A DNA stretch of 64,000 nucleotides from Nitrospirota bacterium (GTDB taxonomy: Bacteria > Nitrospirota > Nitrospiria > 2-01-FULL-66-17): assembly GCA_049325335.1 (NCBI GenBank), contig JBMOMC010000007.1:259034-323033 (forward strand), given 5' to 3'. Within the stretch, counting starts at the first letter, position 1. Every line of letters begins with the position of its first letter. Below are positions 18,984-27,813 of this stretch, one piece after another. The notes below the pieces were generated by a model that did no database searches, had not been told where the DNA came from, and saw only the letters and a list, made by a program, of their open reading frames with translations. A program made the translations under genes and the position numbers.

Positions 18984-21900
18984 CTACGGATTCACCGTGA
19001 CAACCTGCGTGGCGTCCGTGGCCGAGATGAATCCTGAGGCGCTCACGGACACGGTAGTTGTTCCAGCCCCCACTGGGTCAAACGCCACACCCAATTCCGC
19101 GCCATCCAAAAACGCCGGCGGCGTCGAATAGTGGCCCGGTGTTAGGACCAGGGGGACCGAAGGAGCCCGATTGTCCCGGGTAGCCAATTGTCCAACCGCC
19201 CCGTTACTACTGGTAATGTTCAGCGTCACCCCTGGGAGACCACTTCCCACCCGGACCAGTTGGGCCGCAATGAGCGGACCGCCGCCTTCAGCCGTCACGC
19301 CTGACAACACACGGAAGAAACTGTCAGCGCCACTCGCGACGTGGGTCGGCGTGAGGTCCCTTATTGCAACGGCCGGTTGCACAATGTGTATGGGACCACT
19401 TGTGGCCGGTATGTAGCCGGGGGCAGAAATCGTGAGCTGTCCCGTACCGCGCGCCTCTTCCACGCCCTGGATTGTAAATGTGGAGATCGAGGACGTACCG
19501 CCTGGTATGACCAGCGTAATCGATGAGCTCCCAGTTCGAGGCCATGCCTCTGGTGCAACCAATAGCGTGGGGAGATTACTGGTTACCGTCACCGGCAGCC
19601 CGCCGGTCGGCGCAGTAGCCCCGTTGAGCAGACGAATCAGGAAGCAGCCGGCGCATTCCAGGCCTGCACCCAAACGGAAGTCGCCCCCCCCGAACCCGAA
19701 ATGGACTATCTCCATGGCGAGGGCGGTGCCGACGGTGACGAACTGACTGGCGCCGGTGGTGGAGCCCACGCCGACCGCGCTCGCGGTCACGGTCGTGGTC
19801 TGCCCCGTGGCAGTATTGTCCGGATCAAACGCGATCCCGCCCGTGGCCACGCTCGCCGCCGACTCGCTCTGCCCCGGCGCAATACTCACCTCCTTGGACA
19901 GCCCACTCCCGGTGGTGGTCACCAGCGTCCCGGCTGCGGGCTCGCTGCTCATGACGGTCACGGTCAGTGTGCCCGGCCCGCCCTGCCGTAGGGCTTGCGC
20001 GGTCCCGAACGTGGTCCCGCCCGCACTACTCGGCAATCCCACGCGCACGCCAAACTCATCATTCGCCGCGCCTGGGCTCAGCGTGCTCGCCAAGTTGATC
20101 AGCGTCAGCACCGGCGGCTCGATGGAGACGGCCGGACTCGTGCCGTCGAGGTACCCGGCCGCACTCGCCACCACCTGCACGGGTCCGCTCGCGCCTTCCA
20201 CCCCCTGCAGGCTAAATGCCGTGCTGGTGCTGCCGGCCTGGATGACCACCATGAGGGTTCCACTGCCGCCCCCCGCCGGGATCACCGCTTCGGCCACGCG
20301 CAGGCGCGTAACGTCCGTGCTGGTCAGGGTAACTACGAGCCCGCCCGCGGGCGCGGGTTGGTTACTCGTCACGGTGCAGCACGCGCTCACTTCCAAGCCT
20401 GCCCCCAAGCGGGTCAGGGTTCCGAGATTCACACTCAACGTCGGGCTGGTTACGCTCACCAGTTGGCTCGCCCCCGTGGTGCTGCCGACCCCCGGCGCGC
20501 TCGCCGTGATGGTTGTGATCTCGTTCGCCACCCCATCAGCGGGATTAAACGCCACGCCGCCCGTCGCCACCGTCGCCGAGGAATCGCTCTGGCCCGGCTG
20601 GATCTGGACGAGTTGGCTCGCGCCGCTGCCGCCACTGGTCACCAGGGTCCCCGCCGCCGGGGTACTGGTCGTGACCGTGGCGGTCAGCCCGCCCGGCCCC
20701 CCTTGCCGCAGAGCCTGCGCGGTTCCGAATGTCGTTCCGCCACTGCTCGTCGTGATACCCAGTCGCACACGAAATTCATCATCCGGCGCGGCCGCCGCCA
20801 GGTTTGCGCTCAAATCCACCAGGGTCAGCACGGGCGCTTCCACGCTCACCGCCGGGCTCGTTCCCGCGGTGTGGCCCGTCGCGGTCGCCGTCACGCTCGC
20901 ACTGCCCACCGCGCTCTCCACGCCTTGCAGGCTGAACGCCGCGCTGGTCCCGCCTTCCGGAATCGTCACCACCACGCTGCTCCCACCGCCGCTCCCCGGG
21001 ATTGTGCCCGGGGCCACCAACAGCCGCGTGGCATCGCTGCTCGTGAGGGTCACCGCCACGCCCCCGGCCGGCGCCGGTTGATTGGCGATCACGCTACAGC
21101 AGGCCGCCACTTCTAAGCCCGCACCGATGCGGGTCACGGTCCCCAAATTCACGCTCAGTCGCGGCGGCGCCGGCGTCACGCTCACCACTTGGCTCGCCCC
21201 CGTGGCCGCCGTGAATCCGGCAATCAGCGCGGTCACCGTCGTGCTGCCGCCAGTCTCCATCGGCCGAAACGCCATGCCCCCCGCCGCCACGGTGGTCCGC
21301 GTCTCGTAATAGGTCGTCGTGATCGACGCCGCCGCGCTCGCCCCCGCCCCCGCGTTCGTCACCACTTGCCCCGCGCTCGGGTCACTGCTCGTCACGGTCA
21401 CGCTGATCGCGCCCGGCGCGCCCCGCCGCACGGGTTGCGGGCTCACAATCCCATCCGGACGAATCGGCCCGATACGGACCCGAAACACATTGTCCGCCCC
21501 GCCGCCCGCTTGCGGACTGGTCAACGCAACGATCGTGTACCCCGGCGTCACCACGCTGATCGGCCGGCTCGTCGCCGGGGTAAACCCCGTGGCCGTGGCC
21601 GTCACCGTCGTCAGCCCGGTCACGCCTTCCAGCCCCTGCAGGCTAAACGTGGTCGTACTGGCTCCCGCCGCAATCGTCACCACGGTCGACGCCGTGCCCC
21701 CTGTGCTCGGCACGGTCGCGCCCGCCACCAACAACCGCGTCGGATCGTTGCTCGTGAGCGTGACTCCCAACCCGCCAGCCGGCGCGACCGCCCCATTCAA
21801 TAACCGCACCTGTAAACAACTCCCGCACTCCAAACCGGATCCGACGAGAAATGGCTCCGTCGTAAAATACCGAATCTCCATGGCGAGGGCGGTGCCGACG

Positions 21901-24152
21901 GTGACGAACTGACTGGCGCCGGTGGTGGAGCCCACGCCGACCGCGCTCGCGGTCACGGTCGTGGTCTGCCCCGTGGCAGTATTGTCCGGATCAAACGCGA
22001 TCCCGCCCGTGGCCACGCTCGCCGCCGACTCGCTCTGCCCCGGCGCAATACTCACCTCCTTGGACAGCCCACTCCCGGTGGTGGTCACCAGCGTCCCGGC
22101 TGCGGGCTCGCTGCTCATGACGGTCACGGTCAGTGTGCCCGGCCCGCCCTGCCGTAGGGCTTGCGCGGTCCCGAACGTGGTCCCGCCCGCACTACTCGGC
22201 AATCCCACGCGCACGCCAAACTCATCATTCGCCGCGCCTGGGCTCAGCGTGCTCGCCAAGTTGATCAGCGTCAGCACCGGCGGCTCGATGGAGACGGCCG
22301 GACTCGTGCCGTCGAGGTACCCGGCCGCACTCGCCACCACCTGCACGGGTCCGCTCGCGCCTTCCACCCCCTGCAGGCTAAATGCCGTGCTGGTGCTGCC
22401 GGCCTGGATGACCACCATGAGGGTTCCACTGCCGCCCCCCGCCGGGATCACCGCTTCGGCCACGCGCAGGCGCGTAACGTCCGTGCTGGTCAGGGTAACT
22501 ACGAGCCCGCCCGCGGGCGCGGGTTGGTTACTCGTCACGGTGCAGCACGCGCTCACTTCCAAGCCTGCCCCCAAGCGGGTCAGGGTTCCGAGATTCACAC
22601 TCAACGTCGGGCTGGTTACGCTCACCAGTTGGCTCGCCCCCGTGGTGCTGCCGACCCCCGGCGCGCTCGCCGTGATGGTTGTGATCTCGTTCGCCACCCC
22701 ATCAGCGGGATTAAACGCCACGCCGCCCGTCGCCACCGTCGCCGAGGAATCGCTCTGGCCCGGCTGGATCTGGACGAGTTGGCTCGCGCCGCTGCCGCCA
22801 CTGGTCACCAGGGTCCCCGCCGCCGGGGTACTGGTCGTGACCGTGGCGGTCAGCCCGCCCGGCCCCCCTTGCCGCAGAGCCTGCGCGGTTCCGAATGTCG
22901 TTCCGCCACTGCTCGTCGTGATACCCAGTCGCACACGAAATTCATCATCCGGCGCGGCCGCCGCCAGGTTTGCGCTCAAATCCACCAGGGTCAGCACGGG
23001 CGCTTCCACGCTCACCGCCGGGCTCGTTCCCGCGGTGTGGCCCGTCGCGGTCGCCGTCACGCTCGCACTGCCCACCGCGCTCTCCACGCCTTGCAGGCTG
23101 AACGCCGCGCTGGTCCCGCCTTCCGGAATCGTCACCACCACGCTGCTCCCACCGCCGCTCCCCGGGATTGTGCCCGGGGCCACCAACAGCCGCGTGGCAT
23201 CGCTGCTCGTGAGGGTCACCGCCACGCCCCCGGCCGGCGCCGGTTGATTGGCGATCACGCTACAGCAGGCCGCCACTTCTAAGCCCGCACCGATGCGGGT
23301 CACGGTCCCCAAATTCACGCTCAGTCGCGGCGGCGCCGGCGTCACGCTCACCACTTGGCTCGCCCCCGTGGCCGCCGTGAATCCGGCAATCAGCGCGGTC
23401 ACCGTCGTGCTGCCGCCAGTCTCCATCGGCCGAAACGCCATGCCCCCCGCCGCCACGGTGGTCCGCGTCTCGTAATAGGTCGTCGTGATCGACGCCGCCG
23501 CGCTCGCCCCCGCCCCCGCGTTCGTCACCACTTGCCCCGCGCTCGGGTCACTGCTCGTCACGGTCACGCTGATCGCGCCCGGCGCGCCCCGCCGCACGGG
23601 TTGCGGGCTCACAATCCCATCCGGACGAATCGGCCCGATACGGACCCGAAACACATTGTCCGCCCCGCCGCCCGCTTGCGGACTGGTCAACGCAACGATC
23701 GTGTACCCCGGCGTCACCACGCTGATCGGCCGGCTCGTCGCCGGGGTAAACCCCGTGGCCGTGGCCGTCACCGTCGTCAGCCCGGTCACGCCTTCCAGCC
23801 CCTGCAGGCTAAACGTGGTCGTACTGGCTCCCGCCGCAATCGTCACCACGGTCGACGCCGTGCCCCCTGTGCTCGGCACGGTCGCGCCCGCCACCAACAA
23901 CCGCGTCGGATCGTTGCTCGTGAGCGTGACTCCCAACCCGCCAGCCGGCGCGACCGCCCCATTCAATAACCGCACCTGTAAACACGTCACGCACTCCAGC
24001 CCCGCCCCGACGAGAAATGGCTCCGTCGTAAAATACCGAATCTCCATGGTGGATTGGGCAAAAGCGGACCCGCTCAACGGCGGGAACGCGGTGGTCAGAC
24101 CTGCCATCGTCAACATACCCAACATCCATCCGGTCAGCCGCGTCAGTCGCAT
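18984..24152 (-). CDS. 1722-aa secreted Thr/Gly/Val/Ala-rich repeat protein (adhesin/matrix-like, seven ~240-aa modules)
   Basis: Signal peptide (…SAFA|Q). Modules start G[AS]GLE-CxxC or GAGLEVxACC, contain AP[AT]GGxxVT[LV]TS and [FT]x[LI]QG[LV]E, and end near QxVxV. Confidence 0.8.
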   Translation of the reverse strand: MRLTRLTGWMLGMLTMAGLTTAFPPLSGSAFAQSTMEIRYFTTEPFLVGAGLECVTCLQVRLLNGAVAPAGGLGVTLTSNDPTRLLVAGATVPSTGGTASTVVTIAAGASTTTFSLQGLEGVTGLTTVTATATGFTPATSRPISVVTPGYTIVALTSPQAGGGADNVFRVRIGPIRPDGIVSPQPVRRGAPGAISVTVTSSDPSAGQVVTNAGAGASAAASITTTYYETRTTVAAGGMAFRPMETGGSTTVTALIAGFTAATGASQVVSVTPAPPRLSVNLGTVTRIGAGLEVAACCSVIANQPAPAGGVAVTLTSSDATRLLVAPGTIPGSGGGSSVVVTIPEGGTSAAFSLQGVESAVGSASVTATATGHTAGTSPAVSVEAPVLTLVDLSANLAAAAPDDEFRVRLGITTSSGGTTFGTAQALRQGGPGGLTATVTTSTPAAGTLVTSGGSGASQLVQIQPGQSDSSATVATGGVAFNPADGVANEITTITASAPGVGSTTGASQLVSVTSPTLSVNLGTLTRLGAGLEVSACCTVTSNQPAPAGGLVVTLTSTDVTRLRVAEAVIPAGGGSGTLMVVIQAGSTSTAFSLQGVEGASGPVQVVASAAGYLDGTSPAVSIEPPVLTLINLASTLSPGAANDEFGVRVGLPSSAGGTTFGTAQALRQGGPGTLTVTVMSSEPAAGTLVTTTGSGLSKEVSIAPGQSESAASVATGGIAFDPDNTATGQTTTVTASAVGVGSTTGASQFVTVGTALAMEIRYFTTEPFLVGSGLECGSCLQVRLLNGAVAPAGGLGVTLTSNDPTRLLVAGATVPSTGGTASTVVTIAAGASTTTFSLQGLEGVTGLTTVTATATGFTPATSRPISVVTPGYTIVALTSPQAGGGADNVFRVRIGPIRPDGIVSPQPVRRGAPGAISVTVTSSDPSAGQVVTNAGAGASAAASITTTYYETRTTVAAGGMAFRPMETGGSTTVTALIAGFTAATGASQVVSVTPAPPRLSVNLGTVTRIGAGLEVAACCSVIANQPAPAGGVAVTLTSSDATRLLVAPGTIPGSGGGSSVVVTIPEGGTSAAFSLQGVESAVGSASVTATATGHTAGTSPAVSVEAPVLTLVDLSANLAAAAPDDEFRVRLGITTSSGGTTFGTAQALRQGGPGGLTATVTTSTPAAGTLVTSGGSGASQLVQIQPGQSDSSATVATGGVAFNPADGVANEITTITASAPGVGSTTGASQLVSVTSPTLSVNLGTLTRLGAGLEVSACCTVTSNQPAPAGGLVVTLTSTDVTRLRVAEAVIPAGGGSGTLMVVIQAGSTSTAFSLQGVEGASGPVQVVASAAGYLDGTSPAVSIEPPVLTLINLASTLSPGAANDEFGVRVGLPSSAGGTTFGTAQALRQGGPGTLTVTVMSSEPAAGTLVTTTGSGLSKEVSIAPGQSESAASVATGGIAFDPDNTATGQTTTVTASAVGVGSTTGASQFVTVGTALAMEIVHFGFGGGDFRLGAGLECAGCFLIRLLNGATAPTGGLPVTVTSNLPTLLVAPEAWPRTGSSSITLVIPGGTSSISTFTIQGVEEARGTGQLTISAPGYIPATSGPIHIVQPAVAIRDLTPTHVASGADSFFRVLSGVTAEGGGPLIAAQLVRVGSGLPGVTLNITSSNGAVGQLATRDNRAPSVPLVLTPGHYSTPPAFLDGAELGVAFDPVGAGTTTVSVSASGFISATDATQVVTVNP
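19708..24049. repeat. Near-perfect tandem duplication with 2166-bp period inside the large repeat gene
   Basis: Identical off-frame ORFs recur exactly 2166 bp apart (19756/21922, 19995/22161, 21082/23248, 21189/23355). The differences I could see lie at 21819-21840 versus 23985-24006. Confidence 0.9.
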
Positions 24153-24252
24153 CGCAATATTGTCCTTTTTGTTGATAACAATTGTCGAGGGAAGTACCGA
24201 TTAAACCGCTAAAACCTGCGCAGAATTCCGTGCGCGATGGGGCTAGTTTCGA

Positions 24253-25347
24253 CTAGTACGATTGGCCCCGCAATAGGTCAAAAATCCACCGGGCTCGCTC
24301 CACCAGCCGTTCCTCGGCAAAACGAAAGCCCTGGTACCACACCGGCTTGAATACTAAATCGTAATAACCCGTCAAAAACACTCCCTCGGCCCGAAAACCG
24401 CTTTTAAACGTATAGATCGAGTAGGCCGGCGAGTCCGCTTGCGGAGGCCAGTCCGTCCCGGTTCCACCAAAATCAAACGTGGCAGCACCCTTGCGTTTGG
24501 CCCATCGCAGACCTTCCCACCAGAGCGCTTCATTCGGGTGCAGTGACCGTGCCGCGTGGATCAACCCGGTGTACAGCAGCCAAGCCCGATTCCCCACCGC
24601 AATGGTCAGAAACCCGGCAATGATTTCCCCGTCCTTCTCCGCCACCAGCAATGTCCCGTGTCCGGGTTTGATGACGTGCCGCCACAACAGTTCGTAGTAC
24701 GCGGGGCTGCGCACCACAAACCCCCAGCGGTCTCCGACCTCGGTCATGATGGTGCGGAACTTTTCCATTTCACGCTCGTCGCAGGCCTCCCGAATCACCA
24801 CGCCCCGTTTCGCCGCGCCGCGGATGTGCCGCTGATGGGTATCGCGCATCCGCTTGATCAGATCGGTTTCTGACGGACGAAGATCCATCCAACTCACGAT
24901 TCGAGGATCATTCAGCGACGACCACTTCTTATCCGCGAGATGGCGAAATCCCGCCTGATGCAACCGTGCGCGCGCGTCCGCGTCGTCGTCAACGAGATCG
25001 GGATCCACACGAAGGAACACGGATCGATACCGTCCGGCAACATCTCGCACGCCGTCGAGGAGACAGTTCAACGCCTCGGCATCCTTGAGGTCTACGACCG
25101 GCCCCCTGGGACTGCACAAGAAGGTCAATGATGTCTTGGGAATCTTGCGCACTAAGAGCGATGCGGCACCGCACAGTTGGCCGTTCCGCTCCACTCCCAG
25201 TCTGACTGTGTGCGTGCCTTCATAGGCCACCACCTCGCCCCACTCGTAAAGCTGTTTAAAATGCGGGTGCGGTGAGCCCGCCACCCACGCATTGAAGCGA
25301 TCGCGGTCCCCCTCGCCTAACTCGATCAGTTCCACGGGTGCGCTCAT
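24253..25347 (-). CDS. FemABX-family (GNAT-fold) aminoacyl/peptidyl transferase
   Basis: HFKQLYEWG, PRGPV, FLRVDP, R.IR.A.KRGV, PNEALWW, FDFGG and FKSGF. Start at 25347 or 25371. Confidence 0.8.
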   Translation of the reverse strand: MSAPVELIELGEGDRDRFNAWVAGSPHPHFKQLYEWGEVVAYEGTHTVRLGVERNGQLCGAASLLVRKIPKTSLTFLCSPRGPVVDLKDAEALNCLLDGVRDVAGRYRSVFLRVDPDLVDDDADARARLHQAGFRHLADKKWSSLNDPRIVSWMDLRPSETDLIKRMRDTHQRHIRGAAKRGVVIREACDEREMEKFRTIMTEVGDRWGFVVRSPAYYELLWRHVIKPGHGTLLVAEKDGEIIAGFLTIAVGNRAWLLYTGLIHAARSLHPNEALWWEGLRWAKRKGAATFDFGGTGTDWPPQADSPAYSIYTFKSGFRAEGVFLTGYYDLVFKPVWYQGFRFAEERLVERARWIFDLLRGQSY

Positions 25348-25372
25348 ATGACCCTTTGGGCGGTTCCCCACA

Positions 25373-25633
25373 TCACCGGCGAGACCCGAACGCCACCACC
25401 AGCAACACGCCCACCACGCCCACTATCAGGGCGATCACGGCCAACATGCCGGCCCCGCCGACCGACCCGCTGAGTTGATCAAAAAAGGAACTCGTAGCGG
25501 CGGCCGCCGGAGCGGCAGCCTTTCGCGGAGCCTCACTATGGTCGTGGCCCTCGTGGGCCCACAGCAACGCCGTCTGGAGGAACCACCCCATCGACCACAG
25601 TCCAACCAATAACCGCTTGCGCTGGTTCTTCAT
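25373..25633 (-). CDS. Small exported membrane-anchored protein with N-terminal HEGHDH motif
   Basis: AGAGGA RBS, signal peptide ending LWA, mature N-terminus HEGHDH, Ala-rich linker, SGSVGGAG, TM helix and terminal RR. Confidence 0.65.
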   Translation of the reverse strand: MKNQRKRLLVGLWSMGWFLQTALLWAHEGHDHSEAPRKAAAPAAAATSSFFDQLSGSVGGAGMLAVIALIVGVVGVLLVVAFGSRR

Positions 25634-25703
25634 TTTTTTCCTCTGTGTGCAGGCCCGTGGGGCGATCACCACGCCACGGACAGACATACAGTTATGCGAA
25701 ACA

Positions 25704-26378
25704 CTACAACGATAGGCGGGGGCGAATCTGGACTCCCAACACCCTCACGTTGAAGAAGGTGCTCACTCGGCGAAATCCCACTCGCATCAGCGCCATTTCC
25801 AGTCCGAGCCGAAACGCCGCGCCGTGATCCACGACGTGTCCATACACGCGCTGATATCCGCGCCGCGCCAGTTCCTGCGCCATCACGGCATTCGTGGTGC
25901 CGTACAACCCGTGGCCCCGGAACGCCTCGAAGGTGTACGCATGTTTGAGTTCGGCTTCCTGGGGCGCGAGGCGGACGAAACGATTCGGGATCGAATGATC
26001 GTAGATCCAGGCGATGTGCGCGGGCTGCCCCTCCCACCACGCCACGAACGGCTCGGCGCCGTCGATCTGATCGCGATAGAATTCGCTCCGAGTGCCTTCC
26101 GGCGTCTGGCGAAACCGCGCCAAATCGCTCGGCGTCGCCCGTCTGATTTCGGCTCGCGGATCGGGCGGCGGCGCGGTGTAGCCGGCCCGCAAGTCAATGG
26201 CCAACAATGACACGCGTTGGCGACAGAAGAGGAACGGACCAAGCGCCTCGCGAAAACCTTGTAGGCCGCCATCCTGCAACAGCCTCCGCGCCGATCGCAT
26301 CATTCGACCGAACACACCCGGCCGAGCCGGCCGGGATTCGGCGATGGGATGCGCCTCCAGCAAACGATCGCGGCTCAT
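25704..26378 (-). CDS. GNAT-family N-acyltransferase
   Basis: YTFEAFRGHGLY acyl-CoA-binding motif A and C-terminal RVGF; ATAG-type overlap with the dehydrogenase stop. Confidence 0.7.
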   Translation of the reverse strand: MSRDRLLEAHPIAESRPARPGVFGRMMRSARRLLQDGGLQGFREALGPFLFCRQRVSLLAIDLRAGYTAPPPDPRAEIRRATPSDLARFRQTPEGTRSEFYRDQIDGAEPFVAWWEGQPAHIAWIYDHSIPNRFVRLAPQEAELKHAYTFEAFRGHGLYGTTNAVMAQELARRGYQRVYGHVVDHGAAFRLGLEMALMRVGFRRVSTFFNVRVLGVQIRPRLSL

Positions 26379-27520
26379 AGGCCCAGTCGACTCGCGATAA
26401 GGTTGCGCTGAATATCCGAGGTGCCGGAATAGATACGACTCCCGATCGCGTCCCGCACCTCCCGCTCCAGTTCGGATTCGACCTTGTACCCAGAACCGCC
26501 GTGGATCTGCAGCGCATCCAGGCTGGACTGCACGTAGCCTTCGCTGACGACCAGCTTGGTGATCGCAGACTCCAGCAACGCCGACTTACCCTCCCGCTTC
26601 AACCAGCCCACGTGATAGAGCAACAACCGCGAGGTTTCCAAGCGGACTTTCATCTCGGCGATCCGATGGGAGACGGCCTGAAACGAGCCAATGGCCCGGC
26701 CGAACTGTTGTCGTCGTTTCGCATAGTCAATACAGCGGTCGAGTTGGCGCGCCATTCCGCCCACCGCGCTCGCCATGATGAGACTCCGTTCCCAATCCAT
26801 CGAGGAGTTAAAAATCGTGGTCCCGGCGCCGGGTTGTCCCAACATATTCTCTGCCGGAATGTCGCAATCGACCAACTCCAGTTCCGACGCCAGACCGGTT
26901 CGCAGCCCCATCTTGTTCAGCGTCTTGCCCACCCGCAGGCCCGGAGCGGAGCGATCGATCAGAAACGCGGAGATGCCTGCAAAACGTTTGCGCGGATCCG
27001 TGGAGGCAAATACCACGAACACGTCCGCCACCGGACCATTGCAGACGAACACCTTTCTCCCATTAAGCCGGAACCGGTCGCCCACACGCTCGGCCGTTGA
27101 CGTGAGGCTGAAGGCGTCCGATCCCGATTCGGCCTCGGTGATGGCATGTCCGGCGATCAGGGACCCGTCGCTCAGTCCCGGCAAATACCGTCGTTTCTGG
27201 GGCTCCGTGCCGAACTTGAGGATGGCCACTACGCACGAGCAAATTTGCGCGCTGATGGAAAAGAGCAGTCCGTTGTCGCGGCATCCGTACCCGAGGGCTT
27301 CCATGGCCAACACCAATCGGAGCGCGTCCGCGCCTTGTCCGCCGTATTCCTTGGGAATCAACAGACCCTGAATCCCGAATCGGGCGCACTTGTTCCACGC
27401 CTCGCGGGAGAAGAGGCCCTCCGCATCCCGCTGAATCAGGTTTTCCCCCAACTCCCGTTGCGCAAACGCGACGACCGCGTCCCGATACCGTTGTTCCTCT
27501 TCCGTCCAACCGAATTCCAT
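26375..27520 (-). CDS. Acyl-CoA dehydrogenase-family L-prolyl-PCP dehydrogenase (PltE/RedW/AnaB-like)
   Basis: EYGGQG, LGYGCRDNGLLFS, HAITEAESGSD, QFGRAIGSFQAV and IYSGTSDIQRN; adjacent to a carrier protein and an A domain. Confidence 0.85.
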   Translation of the reverse strand: MEFGWTEEEQRYRDAVVAFAQRELGENLIQRDAEGLFSREAWNKCARFGIQGLLIPKEYGGQGADALRLVLAMEALGYGCRDNGLLFSISAQICSCVVAILKFGTEPQKRRYLPGLSDGSLIAGHAITEAESGSDAFSLTSTAERVGDRFRLNGRKVFVCNGPVADVFVVFASTDPRKRFAGISAFLIDRSAPGLRVGKTLNKMGLRTGLASELELVDCDIPAENMLGQPGAGTTIFNSSMDWERSLIMASAVGGMARQLDRCIDYAKRRQQFGRAIGSFQAVSHRIAEMKVRLETSRLLLYHVGWLKREGKSALLESAITKLVVSEGYVQSSLDALQIHGGSGYKVESELEREVRDAIGSRIYSGTSDIQRNLIASRLGL

Positions 27521-27527
27521 TCCGCCG

Positions 27528-27776
27528 TTATCTCCCGCTCCGCGCGTTCACCAACGCAACGATCGAGCTGATGGTTTCAAAATGATCCGGGACTACCTCT
27601 TCATCCGGCAACACGATCCGAAATTCTTGCTCCAAGAACGCCAGGAGTTTGACCAACCCCAATGAGTCGAGAATGCCTCGTTCCAGCAACGAGTCGTGAT
27701 CACCGACCGCGCCTTGACTCTTCTCGTGCATCAATTCCTTGACGATGAACTCCCGGACTCGTTCCGTCACGCCCAT
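27528..27776 (-). CDS. Stand-alone acyl/peptidyl carrier protein
   Basis: 82 aa, acidic, GILDSL phosphopantetheine-attachment Ser; AAGGAG RBS before ATG 27776. Confidence 0.9.
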   Translation of the reverse strand: MGVTERVREFIVKELMHEKSQGAVGDHDSLLERGILDSLGLVKLLAFLEQEFRIVLPDEEVVPDHFETISSIVALVNARSGR

Positions 27777-27813
27777 TCCATTCTCCTTTACCATCCGGCC
27801 TCCGCCTTGACCT

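Noticed and set aside
19708..24049. Possible mobile element or CRISPR explanation for the repeats
   Set aside because: The repeat is in-frame coding sequence with no spacers, cas genes, transposase or terminal inverted repeats. No CRISPR array, tRNA or rRNA was recognised in the window.
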